A DNA stretch of 64,000 nucleotides from Rhodothermales bacterium (lineage in GTDB: Bacteria > Bacteroidota > Rhodothermia > Rhodothermales > UBA10348). The notes below the pieces were generated by a model. It was not told where the DNA came from, searched no databases, and worked only from the letters and a program-made list of their open reading frames with translations. The stretch is from contig JANQQV010000020.1 of the NCBI GenBank assembly GCA_028284865.1, positions 368,760 through 432,759 of the forward strand, given 5' to 3'. Shown here one piece after another: positions 38,129 through 46,719 of the stretch (positions within the stretch are counted from its first letter, which is position 1; the number at the start of each line of letters is the position of its first letter). Position numbers and translations under genes: made by a program.

Positions 38129-38644
38129 CTATCCTCGTTCTTTGGTTGGATTCTTGTTGTAAGCTGCTGTCTGTCCCGGCGGGATGGTCATGAACTCCCA
38201 TGTTTCCGCCTTACCCATTCTCGCCATGACTACCATCTGCCCGACATGGTAGCTCAAGTGTGCCAGACTTCTCAGCAGCGCCGCTCGTACCGTCAACGGC
38301 TGTTGGCGGATGGTGATCATCCGATCCAGATCCGCATCCGACAACGATGAAATAGCGCCTTCCAGAATAGACCACGCTTCATTCCATAGGGCTTCGGCCT
38401 CCACGATTGACAGGTGAGCGATCGCAAACTCTCCTTCCCGATCCCGCCACTCTTTTTCGCCATCGCTTGTCAGAAAATCGGTGAACCGCGACAACAGGTT
38501 GCCGTGAAGATGTCGAACGAGCATCCCGATCGAATTTCCTCCTTCCACAGGGATGCGATTCAACACGTCATCATCCATCTGGCCCAGGATGGAGGTGATG
38601 TAGCCGGCATATCTTCGGAACTCGGCGTGGTAGGTATCAATCAT
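38129..38644 (-). CDS. DinB/DUF1572-family protein
   Basis: NSIGMLVRHLHGNLLSRFTDFLTSDGEKEWRDREGEF...RSLAHLSYHVGQ. Confidence 0.85.
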   Translation of the reverse strand: MIDTYHAEFRRYAGYITSILGQMDDDVLNRIPVEGGNSIGMLVRHLHGNLLSRFTDFLTSDGEKEWRDREGEFAIAHLSIVEAEALWNEAWSILEGAISSLSDADLDRMITIRQQPLTVRAALLRSLAHLSYHVGQMVVMARMGKAETWEFMTIPPGQTAAYNKNPTKERG

Positions 38645-38724
38645 GAGCTGTGGGTTGGGTAGATGGGTATGTTACGCAAGAATCCCCGTGCGAGTGAAAC
38701 GTCCGCTTTTCTGCATCGGCACTT

Positions 38725-38910
38725 TCAGGACAGATGGTTCTTTCGCCTGATCTTGATACCCAACAGCCATACTGCGCTGCCCAGAATCATCAGTACGGGG
38801 ATCCCCCCCGGCTCGTCTTCAATCATGATCATCGGGACCATGAGCGAGGCTCCCAGAATCCCCAACCCGGCAGCGATACCGGTCTCAATATGGGTGAACA
38901 GGTTTCTCAC
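38725..38910 (-). CDS. Small two-TM membrane protein
   Basis: Two hydrophobic helices flanking EDEPGGIP; 4-bp overlap with the upstream gene. Confidence 0.55.
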   Translation of the reverse strand: MRNLFTHIETGIAAGLGILGASLMVPMIMIEDEPGGIPVLMILGSAVWLLGIKIRRKNHLS

Positions 38911-39392
38911 GCAGAAGCCTCAAGAGTGTCATCAGAAGACTCATTCTCTCTTATCGCGGCCTGCTTGAACAACCAGGCGGCAAACAGGCATAGTCCCGAG
39001 AAAAACACCGTAATCCAGACCACGTCCCAGGGCCAGACCGGGCCGGAAACGCCAAGACCGCCCACCAATGCGACCAGGGCAATCATGATCAATGCAGCCG
39101 CAGACAGAGACATGATCCACGTCATATGCGCTGGACGAAATCGGATGGCCACTGCCGAAAAGAATGCGACCACCAGGACGACGAAGTAAAGCATGTTGAC
39201 GTCATTGTTCTCGGAGCCGATGATTCCCACCGCACCGTTTACCCAGAACAGCAGAAAGGCGGAAATCATGGTGACGGCCAAGCCGAAACGATAGTGACGG
39301 TTCGATGGAAGGCGTGACGCGAGAAACCGGAAAATGCCAAACAGGGCCAGACCGAACAGGCCCAGTAACAGGAATTCGAAAACGAGAGGCAT
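38907..39392 (-). CDS. Hypothetical integral membrane protein
   Basis: Five hydrophobic helices, including FLLFWVNGAVGIIGSENNDVNMLY. Start moved to MPLVFE because the longer ORF overlaps the divergent regulator. Confidence 0.7.
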   Translation of the reverse strand: MPLVFEFLLLGLFGLALFGIFRFLASRLPSNRHYRFGLAVTMISAFLLFWVNGAVGIIGSENNDVNMLYFVVLVVAFFSAVAIRFRPAHMTWIMSLSAAALIMIALVALVGGLGVSGPVWPWDVVWITVFFSGLCLFAAWLFKQAAIRENESSDDTLEASA

Positions 39393-39551
39393 GACAAGAG
39401 GATGGTTGGTTGATCGTATGTTGACATTTGAATCGAAAACCGAGTGCCTTTTTCGATGGGGACTGCGGCTCGATCGACAGTCCCAAACTGCAACCTGATG
39501 CAGTGAGGGACGTGAGCACCTTGTGATCAGTTGATGAGCATTCGCCATTTC

Positions 39552-40679
39552 ATGAGTTCCGGTCCGGAAAAAACACCCGAATCTGCTGAAGCCTATCACT
39601 TTGAAGGATTCCGCCTCGACGTGGAAGACCGGCAACTTTGGAGGGGACACGACCGGGTAGAGTTGAATGCCAGGTATCTCGACGCCCTTATCCTGCTCGT
39701 GCGGGAAAGCCCCAAACTGGTCGAGAAGGATCGCTTCTTTGAAGAAGTATGGCAGGATGTAGTCGTCAGCGACAGCGCGCTGTCCCAGTGCATCAAAGAA
39801 CTGCGCAAAGCTCTGGATGACGATGCTTCCAATCCCGGATTCATCCAGACGGTACCCCGACACGGGTATCGATTCATCGGAGCCGAGAACGCGAATCCCA
39901 CAGAACCCATCACTTCGGAGTCAGCCACTTCGAACTTGACCGCCTTGAAATGGGGTGGCGCGTCGACGGCCAACGTGAATCGAGCAACACTTCTGGCTCT
40001 GGCGGGCACCACCGGTGGAGCCCTTGCCGGACTTTTCGGAGGGATGCTTTACGGATTCAGCCTGTCTTCCCCTGAAGCAGGTATCGGGACACTTTCCACG
40101 CTCCTGGTTCTCGTTGGCATCAACATGTTGATGGGGCTGGCGGGTGCTGCAGGAATCAGCACCGGATGGGCCTTGGGTGTCTTGAAATCCGGCAAAGGGT
40201 CCCCGGCTGTTTCATGGATGCACGTCCTTGGAGCAACCTTGGGGGGCATGTTGATCGGATCCGGAGTGAAAATGCTGGGTGTCGATGCCTTCAATCTGTT
40301 TTTCGGGATTGCGCCTTCCGGCATCACCGGGGGTGTCGAAGGAGCTATTCTGGGAGCCGCAATCGTATTCGGAGTCTGGCTGGGACGCGGTCTTTCATTC
40401 GTTGCGGAAGCCTGGCGAAACGCGGCAGGTGCCGGAGTCGCTGGAGCCCTTGCCGGAGCCGTCATTCCGTTGACGGGAGGCAATCTGATGGGTGGCAGTT
40501 TGCGGCTGCTTGCCGACTCATTTCAGGAGTCGCGTCTTCCGGAGGATCCCTTCCATTCCCTGTTCGGGTCAATGGCTGTTGGACCGGCATCCGAGGCCAT
40601 TCTGGGCTCCGTCGAAGGCCTTGTTTTTGCTGCTTGCGTGGCGGGAGTCATCTCCTGGGCTGAGCGTCGATTCGCCTAG
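39552..40679 (+). CDS. Winged-helix (OmpR/CadC-type) regulator fused to a Gly-rich multi-TM domain
   Basis: YHFEGFRLD, LILLV, FFEEVW, LSQCIKELRKALDDDASNPGFIQTVPRHGYRF, followed by about 6-7 Gly/Ala-rich TM helices. Confidence 0.85.
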   Translation: MSSGPEKTPESAEAYHFEGFRLDVEDRQLWRGHDRVELNARYLDALILLVRESPKLVEKDRFFEEVWQDVVVSDSALSQCIKELRKALDDDASNPGFIQTVPRHGYRFIGAENANPTEPITSESATSNLTALKWGGASTANVNRATLLALAGTTGGALAGLFGGMLYGFSLSSPEAGIGTLSTLLVLVGINMLMGLAGAAGISTGWALGVLKSGKGSPAVSWMHVLGATLGGMLIGSGVKMLGVDAFNLFFGIAPSGITGGVEGAILGAAIVFGVWLGRGLSFVAEAWRNAAGAGVAGALAGAVIPLTGGNLMGGSLRLLADSFQESRLPEDPFHSLFGSMAVGPASEAILGSVEGLVFAACVAGVISWAERRFA

Positions 40680-40800
40680 AGAGTTGCGGCCAATTCGAGC
40701 TTACCTCTGATCTCGTTCTGGTAGTCGTCCCAGGCGGCATGTCAAGTCGCTGTTCTGCAAGGTGGACGCTATACTGTCCGCTCACCTATCCAAGCGATTC

Positions 40801-41964
40801 ATGCCCCTTCCCGACCTTCGTGCCCAGGCCACTTCGAGAACGGCCGACGAGCTGGTTAAGCATCTGAATGCGTTCGAGCTCGATCTCAAGTTCAGTGCAG
40901 GTATCTGGTTTCTCTCCCCTGCAGACAGCCGATTCCACGGCAAATACAAGCCCGACCTGCCCATCGAGGCCCGTCTGGAGGTTGCTGCCAGTCTGAAGGA
41001 TTATGGCCTGGGTGCGCTCGAAGCTCACTATCCGAACGAGATCAACGAGGACAACGTGGATCTCTGGATGGACTTTCAGAGGGATACCGGGATTCGTCTC
41101 GTGACGGTCATTCCCCTGCTTTTCTACGATCCGCAGTTTGAATTCGGCTCCCTGTCGAACCCGGATGCTGCACCCCGCAGAGTCGCCATCGAGCGTGCAA
41201 AAGAAGCCTTCCGTATGGCTCAGCGTGTTGGCGCCGATTTCTCGGTCATCTGGGCGGGGATTGATGGCTACGAGAATCCGTTCGGCATTGACCTGGCCGG
41301 GATGCGACAGCGATTCGTCGAGGGGATGGCCGAAGCGATTGACGAGGTGCCAGGGACTCGAGTCGCGTTCGAGCCCAAGCCTTACGAGCCCAGAGGTCGC
41401 CTTCTCTATGGACTGACACCCGAAGGCGTATTGCTTGGTCATCAGGTTGAAGCCCAGCTCAGCAACCCGCAAAATCGATCCCTCCTGAACGACGGACACA
41501 AGTTGGTGTGCATGAACCCGGAAGTGGGCCATGTCCTGATGGGCTTCGAAGATCTACCCTACGCACTTTCCTGGCCGCTCTCGGAAGGTCGCCTGGCCCA
41601 CACGCACTGGAATAGCCAGCCACTTGGCAACTACGATCAGGATCTGAATGTGGGCGTGATTTCGCCCGAACAGATGGAAGCGGGGCTCTATACCCTGAAG
41701 ATGCACGGGTATTCGGAGTGGTTTGGAATCGACATCAATCCAGAGCGCATGCCGGTAGATGTCGCTCTCAAGAATTCCATGGATGCCCTCCGGGCGGCGA
41801 ACGATCGCATCAATGGACTCGACCATGCGGCTGTCATCGAGGCGGCAGAGAATCCTTCGAAGCATCGCGGTTGGCTCGAAGCCTATTTGATCCGTCAACG
41901 AGCTCCCCGTGGATCGTCACTGCCGCCGATCGATCAGGCGCTTTCCACGTCAACGGGCGACTAG
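40801..41964 (+). CDS. xylA: Xylose isomerase-family TIM-barrel sugar isomerase (divergent XylA)
   Basis: KFSAGIW, WAGIDGY, FEPKPYEPR, NPEVGH and YDQDL metal/substrate motifs; lies 3 bp upstream of xylulokinase. Confidence 0.7.
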   Translation: MPLPDLRAQATSRTADELVKHLNAFELDLKFSAGIWFLSPADSRFHGKYKPDLPIEARLEVAASLKDYGLGALEAHYPNEINEDNVDLWMDFQRDTGIRLVTVIPLLFYDPQFEFGSLSNPDAAPRRVAIERAKEAFRMAQRVGADFSVIWAGIDGYENPFGIDLAGMRQRFVEGMAEAIDEVPGTRVAFEPKPYEPRGRLLYGLTPEGVLLGHQVEAQLSNPQNRSLLNDGHKLVCMNPEVGHVLMGFEDLPYALSWPLSEGRLAHTHWNSQPLGNYDQDLNVGVISPEQMEAGLYTLKMHGYSEWFGIDINPERMPVDVALKNSMDALRAANDRINGLDHAAVIEAAENPSKHRGWLEAYLIRQRAPRGSSLPPIDQALSTSTGD

Positions 41965-41967
41965 ACC

Positions 41968-43443
41968 ATGTGGCTGGGCATTGACGTCTCGACAACGGCC
42001 AGCAAGGCACTCCTTCTCGATGAAGAAGGAGTCGTCAGAGCTGTTGGGCGATCCGCACACACGCTCCAAACGCCGCGGCCGGGCTGGAGTGAACAAAGTC
42101 CGGACGAATGGTGGCGCGCCACCCAACACGCCATCCGGGAAGCCTGCGAGGAAGCAGGGTGCACCGGAGATGACATTCGCGGCGTTGGTCTTTCCGGCCA
42201 AATGCACGGTCTGGTTGCTCTCGATGGAGACCAGAACCCGATCCGGCCTGCCATCCTTTGGAATGATGGCCGTGCAGCCGACGAGTGCGATCTCATCAGG
42301 GCGCGCTTGGGTCTCGGATCTCTGATTCGACACACTGGCAATGATGCGTTCGCCGGCTTCACGGCGCCCAAACTGCTGTGGATGCGAACCCATGAACCCG
42401 ACTTGTTCGATCGTATCCAACACGTTCTGCTTCCCAAAGATTACATCCGCTTGAAGCTGAGCGGTGAACTGGCCACGGATCGAGCCGGAGCCGGTGGTAC
42501 GTTGCTGCTCGACCTCGAATCACGCGATTGGTCCGAGCCGGTCCTGAAAGCCCTGGAGCTACCAATGGAGTGGTTTCCAAGAACATACGAGGGTACGGAC
42601 ATGACGGGACGGGTCAGCGCCGACGCCGCCCGCTTGACCGGCCTCAAAGCGGGCACGCCGATTGTTGCTGGCGGCGGCGATCAGGCCGCGCAAGCGGTCG
42701 GCGTCGGCGCCATCAAACCTGATGTCTTCGCGCTCACCATCGGGACTTCTGGCGTCGTATTTGCCCCGACCGAACAGCCTTTCGTGGACCCTCATGGCCG
42801 GGTTCATGCCTTTCCTAATGCGATCCCGGACATGTGGCATGTCATGGGAGTCATGCTTTCTGCCGCAGGCAGTTTGCAGTGGTATCGCGATACGCTGGCA
42901 CCAGGAGTCGGTTTTGACGAACTCATTGCAGAAGCAGACTCCATTTCTCCTGGATCAGAGGGTCTGACTTTCCTGCCGTACCTCAGCGGCGAGCGCACGC
43001 CGCATGCCAACCCGAATGCCCGAGGTGCCTTTATCGGTCTCTCGTTGGCCCACTCCCGCGGACACCTGACGAGAGCTGTCCTGGAGGGCGTGGCGTTCGG
43101 CCTGAAGGATAATCTCGAGTTACTTCGGAACGCAGGACTGGCGATGCCCGCCGAACTTCGGGCCAGCGGAGGCGCCATGGGAAGTGCACTTTGGGGACAA
43201 ATCCTGTCTGACGTCCTAGCCATCTCGCTGGTTACCGTGGATGCCTCGGAGGGCGCCGCCTTGGGCGCAGCCATGTTGGCCGGCACGGGCTGTGGCGGTT
43301 GGGCAAACATCGATGAAGCTGCGAAAAACACAGTCCGGACTGGACCGATCATCGCGCCTTCAGCAACCGGGTCTGCTTCTTACTCCGCCGCGTACGAGCG
43401 ATTCACATCGTTGTATCCGGCCTTGCATCCCTCAACTGATTGA
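41968..43443 (+). CDS. xylB: Xylulokinase (FGGY family)
   Basis: LGIDVSTT, SGQMHG, ILWNDGR, GFTAPKLLW, LLPKDY, GGGDQAA and PYLSGERTPH. Confidence 0.92.
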   Translation: MWLGIDVSTTASKALLLDEEGVVRAVGRSAHTLQTPRPGWSEQSPDEWWRATQHAIREACEEAGCTGDDIRGVGLSGQMHGLVALDGDQNPIRPAILWNDGRAADECDLIRARLGLGSLIRHTGNDAFAGFTAPKLLWMRTHEPDLFDRIQHVLLPKDYIRLKLSGELATDRAGAGGTLLLDLESRDWSEPVLKALELPMEWFPRTYEGTDMTGRVSADAARLTGLKAGTPIVAGGGDQAAQAVGVGAIKPDVFALTIGTSGVVFAPTEQPFVDPHGRVHAFPNAIPDMWHVMGVMLSAAGSLQWYRDTLAPGVGFDELIAEADSISPGSEGLTFLPYLSGERTPHANPNARGAFIGLSLAHSRGHLTRAVLEGVAFGLKDNLELLRNAGLAMPAELRASGGAMGSALWGQILSDVLAISLVTVDASEGAALGAAMLAGTGCGGWANIDEAAKNTVRTGPIIAPSATGSASYSAAYERFTSLYPALHPSTD

Positions 43444-43592
43444 GTCAGCGCGTCCAATCCGCTCAATGGACGACGTGACGAATTGATGGTTCGATCCTAG
43501 ATTTGAGGTTCGTTCTCGCTCCTGCATGCATAATTGCTGCGCGCGGGATCGTGATGCGTTCGCTTCGCCCCTCAAGGATCCTCACCCAGATC

Positions 43593-44462
43593 ATGCGAAA
43601 ACACTCTCTGATTCATTCTTCGCTAATGGCCATCGTTCTCCTCGCGCTCACCGGCTGTGGACCCGTAGACGAGGCCCTGTCCGATGAGGACCCATCTTGG
43701 GAGACCACCTTCTTCGACGATTTCGACACGTTCAATCCTGAGAACTGGCAAGATCAGATCCTTTGGGTGAACGACGAAGATCAATGCTACCTGCGTGACG
43801 GGGAGCATGGTACGCGCGAAGTCTCGGACGGCACCCTCAAGGTGAGAGTCATTGATTTGGGCGAGCCCGTTGAATGCGACAACATGAGCAAGACGGGAGA
43901 GCAGCATCCACCCACTCGATATGTGGCCGGCCGGATTGCGTCCAAGAACTTGAAGGAATTCTCCGAAGGCCGGTGGACCGCCCGCCTGAAAGTTGAAGGC
44001 AGTGGTTCGGACGGGATGTTTCCGGCCTGGTGGCTACTGGGAGCGCGCAACAACGAGCCCCCGGTCCAGGAGGATGATGAGACGGTTTGCTGGCCTCAAT
44101 TCGGGTCAGGGGAAATCGACATTTTCGAGCATCATGGGACGGCCGCTCCTGAAGACAAGTATGTTGCTCGATCCATCATCGAATTGACCGATGAGCCCTG
44201 CAACGGAGATTGGTGGACCTACCAACGAAATCTTGAAGCGGATTTGGACGAGTTTCAGGAGTACGGAGTCGAATGGGCCGGTGACGATCTCATCTTTCTG
44301 TTGAACGGTCAGGAGGTCGCCCGAAACGATAGCCTTGGGACCGTGATCACGGAGCCCATGTTCGCCATCCTGAACTTTGCCAAGATCGACGCCTCACCCA
44401 TGGACACCACCTGGACCATGGAAGTCGATTGGGTCAAGCACGAGCGACGCATCGCCGATTGA
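43593..44462 (+). CDS. GH16-family glycoside hydrolase lipoprotein
   Basis: Lipobox ALTGC; FFDDF, GMFPAWWLLG, catalytic GEIDIFE and MEVDWVK. Confidence 0.8.
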   Translation: MRKHSLIHSSLMAIVLLALTGCGPVDEALSDEDPSWETTFFDDFDTFNPENWQDQILWVNDEDQCYLRDGEHGTREVSDGTLKVRVIDLGEPVECDNMSKTGEQHPPTRYVAGRIASKNLKEFSEGRWTARLKVEGSGSDGMFPAWWLLGARNNEPPVQEDDETVCWPQFGSGEIDIFEHHGTAAPEDKYVARSIIELTDEPCNGDWWTYQRNLEADLDEFQEYGVEWAGDDLIFLLNGQEVARNDSLGTVITEPMFAILNFAKIDASPMDTTWTMEVDWVKHERRIAD

Positions 44463-44524
44463 GAATCGAGCGTGGCTCGAGGGCAAAGTCGTCAATCGAC
44501 CCCTGCCCTACTTGGAGATCTGCG

Positions 44525-45061
44525 TCACCAGTACTCCGGGTGATCAAACCCAGGCACGCATTGGCCACGCTCGGTGATTCGGGGAAGGGCTGAGCCATCC
44601 AGGGTCTGCCCCAGCCATCCGTGGGGCAAAGACAATGGATGTGGCGCAGCAATCAGAGACTCTGTGATCGGTTCGTATCCAAATCGCTTGTAATAGGATG
44701 GATCGCCATACGTGATGGTGATCACCTTGCTTTGTGAGCGTAGTTCGTCCAGGCCGTGTCGGATCAGACGCGACCCAACTCCACTGCCTTGGAATTCCGG
44801 GTGCACGGCCACCGGTGCCAACAACCAGATCGGATCCCGATCCGCATAGCTGACGCTGGAGAAGAAGATGCCCCCAGCCAGCTGCTGCTGATCCACTGCC
44901 ACGAATCCGAATACCTGCTGGCCATCTTCTGCATCAACAAGGTCTTGAGTCAACTTTCGGATGACGCGCCCCTCCTCCTCTCCTTCCGAAGCAGTAAACG
45001 TGTCGGCGAACACCGTGACGACTTCGGGGCCGTCGGGTGTGACGAATTGTCTGAGTTCCAT
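44525..45061 (-). CDS. GNAT N-acetyltransferase (YhbS-like)
   Basis: LLAPVAVHPEFQGSGVGSRLI and YGDPSYYKRFGY. Confidence 0.9.
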   Translation of the reverse strand: MELRQFVTPDGPEVVTVFADTFTASEGEEEGRVIRKLTQDLVDAEDGQQVFGFVAVDQQQLAGGIFFSSVSYADRDPIWLLAPVAVHPEFQGSGVGSRLIRHGLDELRSQSKVITITYGDPSYYKRFGYEPITESLIAAPHPLSLPHGWLGQTLDGSALPRITERGQCVPGFDHPEYW

Positions 45062-45140
45062 GCGATCTGAAGTGCGTACAACGGTCCGAAATGACCCGCC
45101 TTCTGAGGGGCGATGGCAAGGTCACATGGCTAAAATGGGG

Positions 45141-45638
45141 TCAATGATCGTCCAGATCAAGCTTCAATTGAGGCAGAAATCGCCCAGGGATGCTGCCAGA
45201 CGCAGTTTCGCCAACCCGAATAGCGCCAAATGCTTGGTAGAATGCCTCTGCGCCGGGGTCACTCTGAATATGCAACGTTGTGATCTGCTCATTCGCAGAC
45301 CAGGAAGTCACGGCCTCCATCAGCGAACGTCCCACGCCTTTTCCCACATGAGCCGGGGCAACAAACAGAGCATCTAGATCGCCCGACCCGTCCTCAAGAC
45401 GCTCAACGGCCGCATATCCGACTAGACCTTCGTTCGATTCCGCCACCAAATAGTGGTACCGCGGATCTTCCAATTGCGAACTAGGAACGGTCAGCTCTTC
45501 GCGACATGCCTCCATGAAGGCATCCGAATAACCATGAATGGCCTTGGAGCGTAAGGCAATATCGCTCAAGGTCTCGGCGTCGTCCGGCCGCCCTTTACGG
45601 ATAATCCAGTCCCCTCGTGACTCCTTCTCGCTGTCCAT
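45141..45638 (-). CDS. GNAT N-acetyltransferase
   Basis: RSKAIHGY, LFVAPAHVGKGVGRSL and SDPGAEAFYQAFG. Confidence 0.9.
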   Translation of the reverse strand: MDSEKESRGDWIIRKGRPDDAETLSDIALRSKAIHGYSDAFMEACREELTVPSSQLEDPRYHYLVAESNEGLVGYAAVERLEDGSGDLDALFVAPAHVGKGVGRSLMEAVTSWSANEQITTLHIQSDPGAEAFYQAFGAIRVGETASGSIPGRFLPQLKLDLDDH

Positions 45639-45656
45639 TTCAGAAGAACCGTGATG

Positions 45657-45995
45657 CTACTCAATCCACATCCAATCGATCAACGGACCGTCATCCGACG
45701 CGGCCACGCTGACCTGGACCAGTATTTCGTCATCGTGCGCTTTGGATGTCAGCACGTACAGGAATACCGGTTGGCCTGATCGCATGAACGAGCCGAGGTA
45801 ACGACGACGCTCAATGGCTCTGAGCGGACCACCCAGGTCGCGGGAGGCGTTGACGAATGCCTCTGCTGAAACCTGTTGCCGGAAAGACTCCGAGACAATG
45901 TTGCTGAAGAGCGCATAGTCCCCCGAAGCGTGTGCTTTCAATGCCTCGACAACCAGCGGGTCGACTTCCGTATGATGTATGGGTTCGATGCTCAT
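45657..45995 (-). CDS. Hypothetical protein
   Basis: Co-directional 112-aa ORF packed between neighbours; protein-like composition. Confidence 0.6.
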   Translation of the reverse strand: MSIEPIHHTEVDPLVVEALKAHASGDYALFSNIVSESFRQQVSAEAFVNASRDLGGPLRAIERRRYLGSFMRSGQPVFLYVLTSKAHDDEILVQVSVAASDDGPLIDWMWIE

Positions 45996-46005
45996 GGCGC
46001 ACGTC

Positions 46006-46152
46006 TTATTCGCCGGACATCAACTGCTCCCGACGATCATACCCCAAACCAAAAACGATACCAAGAGCAATCCCCAGTCCGACATTGCCGAGCGCTGCAC
46101 CCAGCGCAACGCCAAGGGCAAGGCCGATTCCAACTCCTTTGTTCTTCTGCAT
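46006..46152 (-). CDS. Small (48 aa) glycine-zipper membrane peptide (not in ORF track)
   Basis: Hand translation MQKNKGVGIGLALGVALGAALGNVGLGIALGIVFGLGYDRREQLMSGE*; the stop is 10 bp before the next ATG. Confidence 0.65.
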   Translation of the reverse strand: MQKNKGVGIGLALGVALGAALGNVGLGIALGIVFGLGYDRREQLMSGE

Positions 46153-46260
46153 GTCAACTTGCTCAACTGATTGATTCAATGCTAGGCCTACGATGTCCGA
46201 CGCAGCGAAGTTACCCTTATGACCGAGGCGGGAGTCGATTCGACCTTGAACATTGAATCA

Positions 46261-46626
46261 TCAAATCTCGCCCGCCTGCTTCTCATCAATCAGCGAGAAG
46301 ATGTTGCCGGAAGGATCCCACACGGAGCAGGTCCTTCCTCCCCATTCGTGGACTTCAATGCCGGAAGTCTTGAACCCAGCGGAGACAACACGCTCGATCA
46401 CCTCATCAAGGGCATCCGTCGCGATGAATAGGCCTGAGTGACCCGAACCGAAGTACTCTTCCGTCCACTCGTAGACTTTCAACACCATCCCGCCCAGGTT
46501 GTAGTTCGTAAATCGGTGCGGGGTACTTGCGAAATCACGGTCGACGCTCAAACCGATCACGTCCTCGTAGAAAACCTTGGAAGCCGCGTAGTCTTTGGCA
46601 TGGAATGACGTGAATAGAGCTTTCAT
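46261..46626 (-). CDS. VOC/glyoxalase-family protein
   Basis: KDYAASKVFYEDVIGL...HEWGGRTCSVWDPSGN. Start at MKALF. Confidence 0.85.
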   Translation of the reverse strand: MKALFTSFHAKDYAASKVFYEDVIGLSVDRDFASTPHRFTNYNLGGMVLKVYEWTEEYFGSGHSGLFIATDALDEVIERVVSAGFKTSGIEVHEWGGRTCSVWDPSGNIFSLIDEKQAGEI

Positions 46627-46719
46627 GGCGTGCTTTGTTCGATGAACGGGACGGCACCGCGTTGGTCGCGATCGTAGCTTTCTCAGGTTAGTCTTCGCCA
46701 AGCCACTCCGCAACCGTCC

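Noticed and set aside
39393-39863. N-terminal extension of the 318-aa minus-strand ORF
   Set aside because: It is an antisense shadow of the wHTH regulator; the membrane protein starts at 39392.
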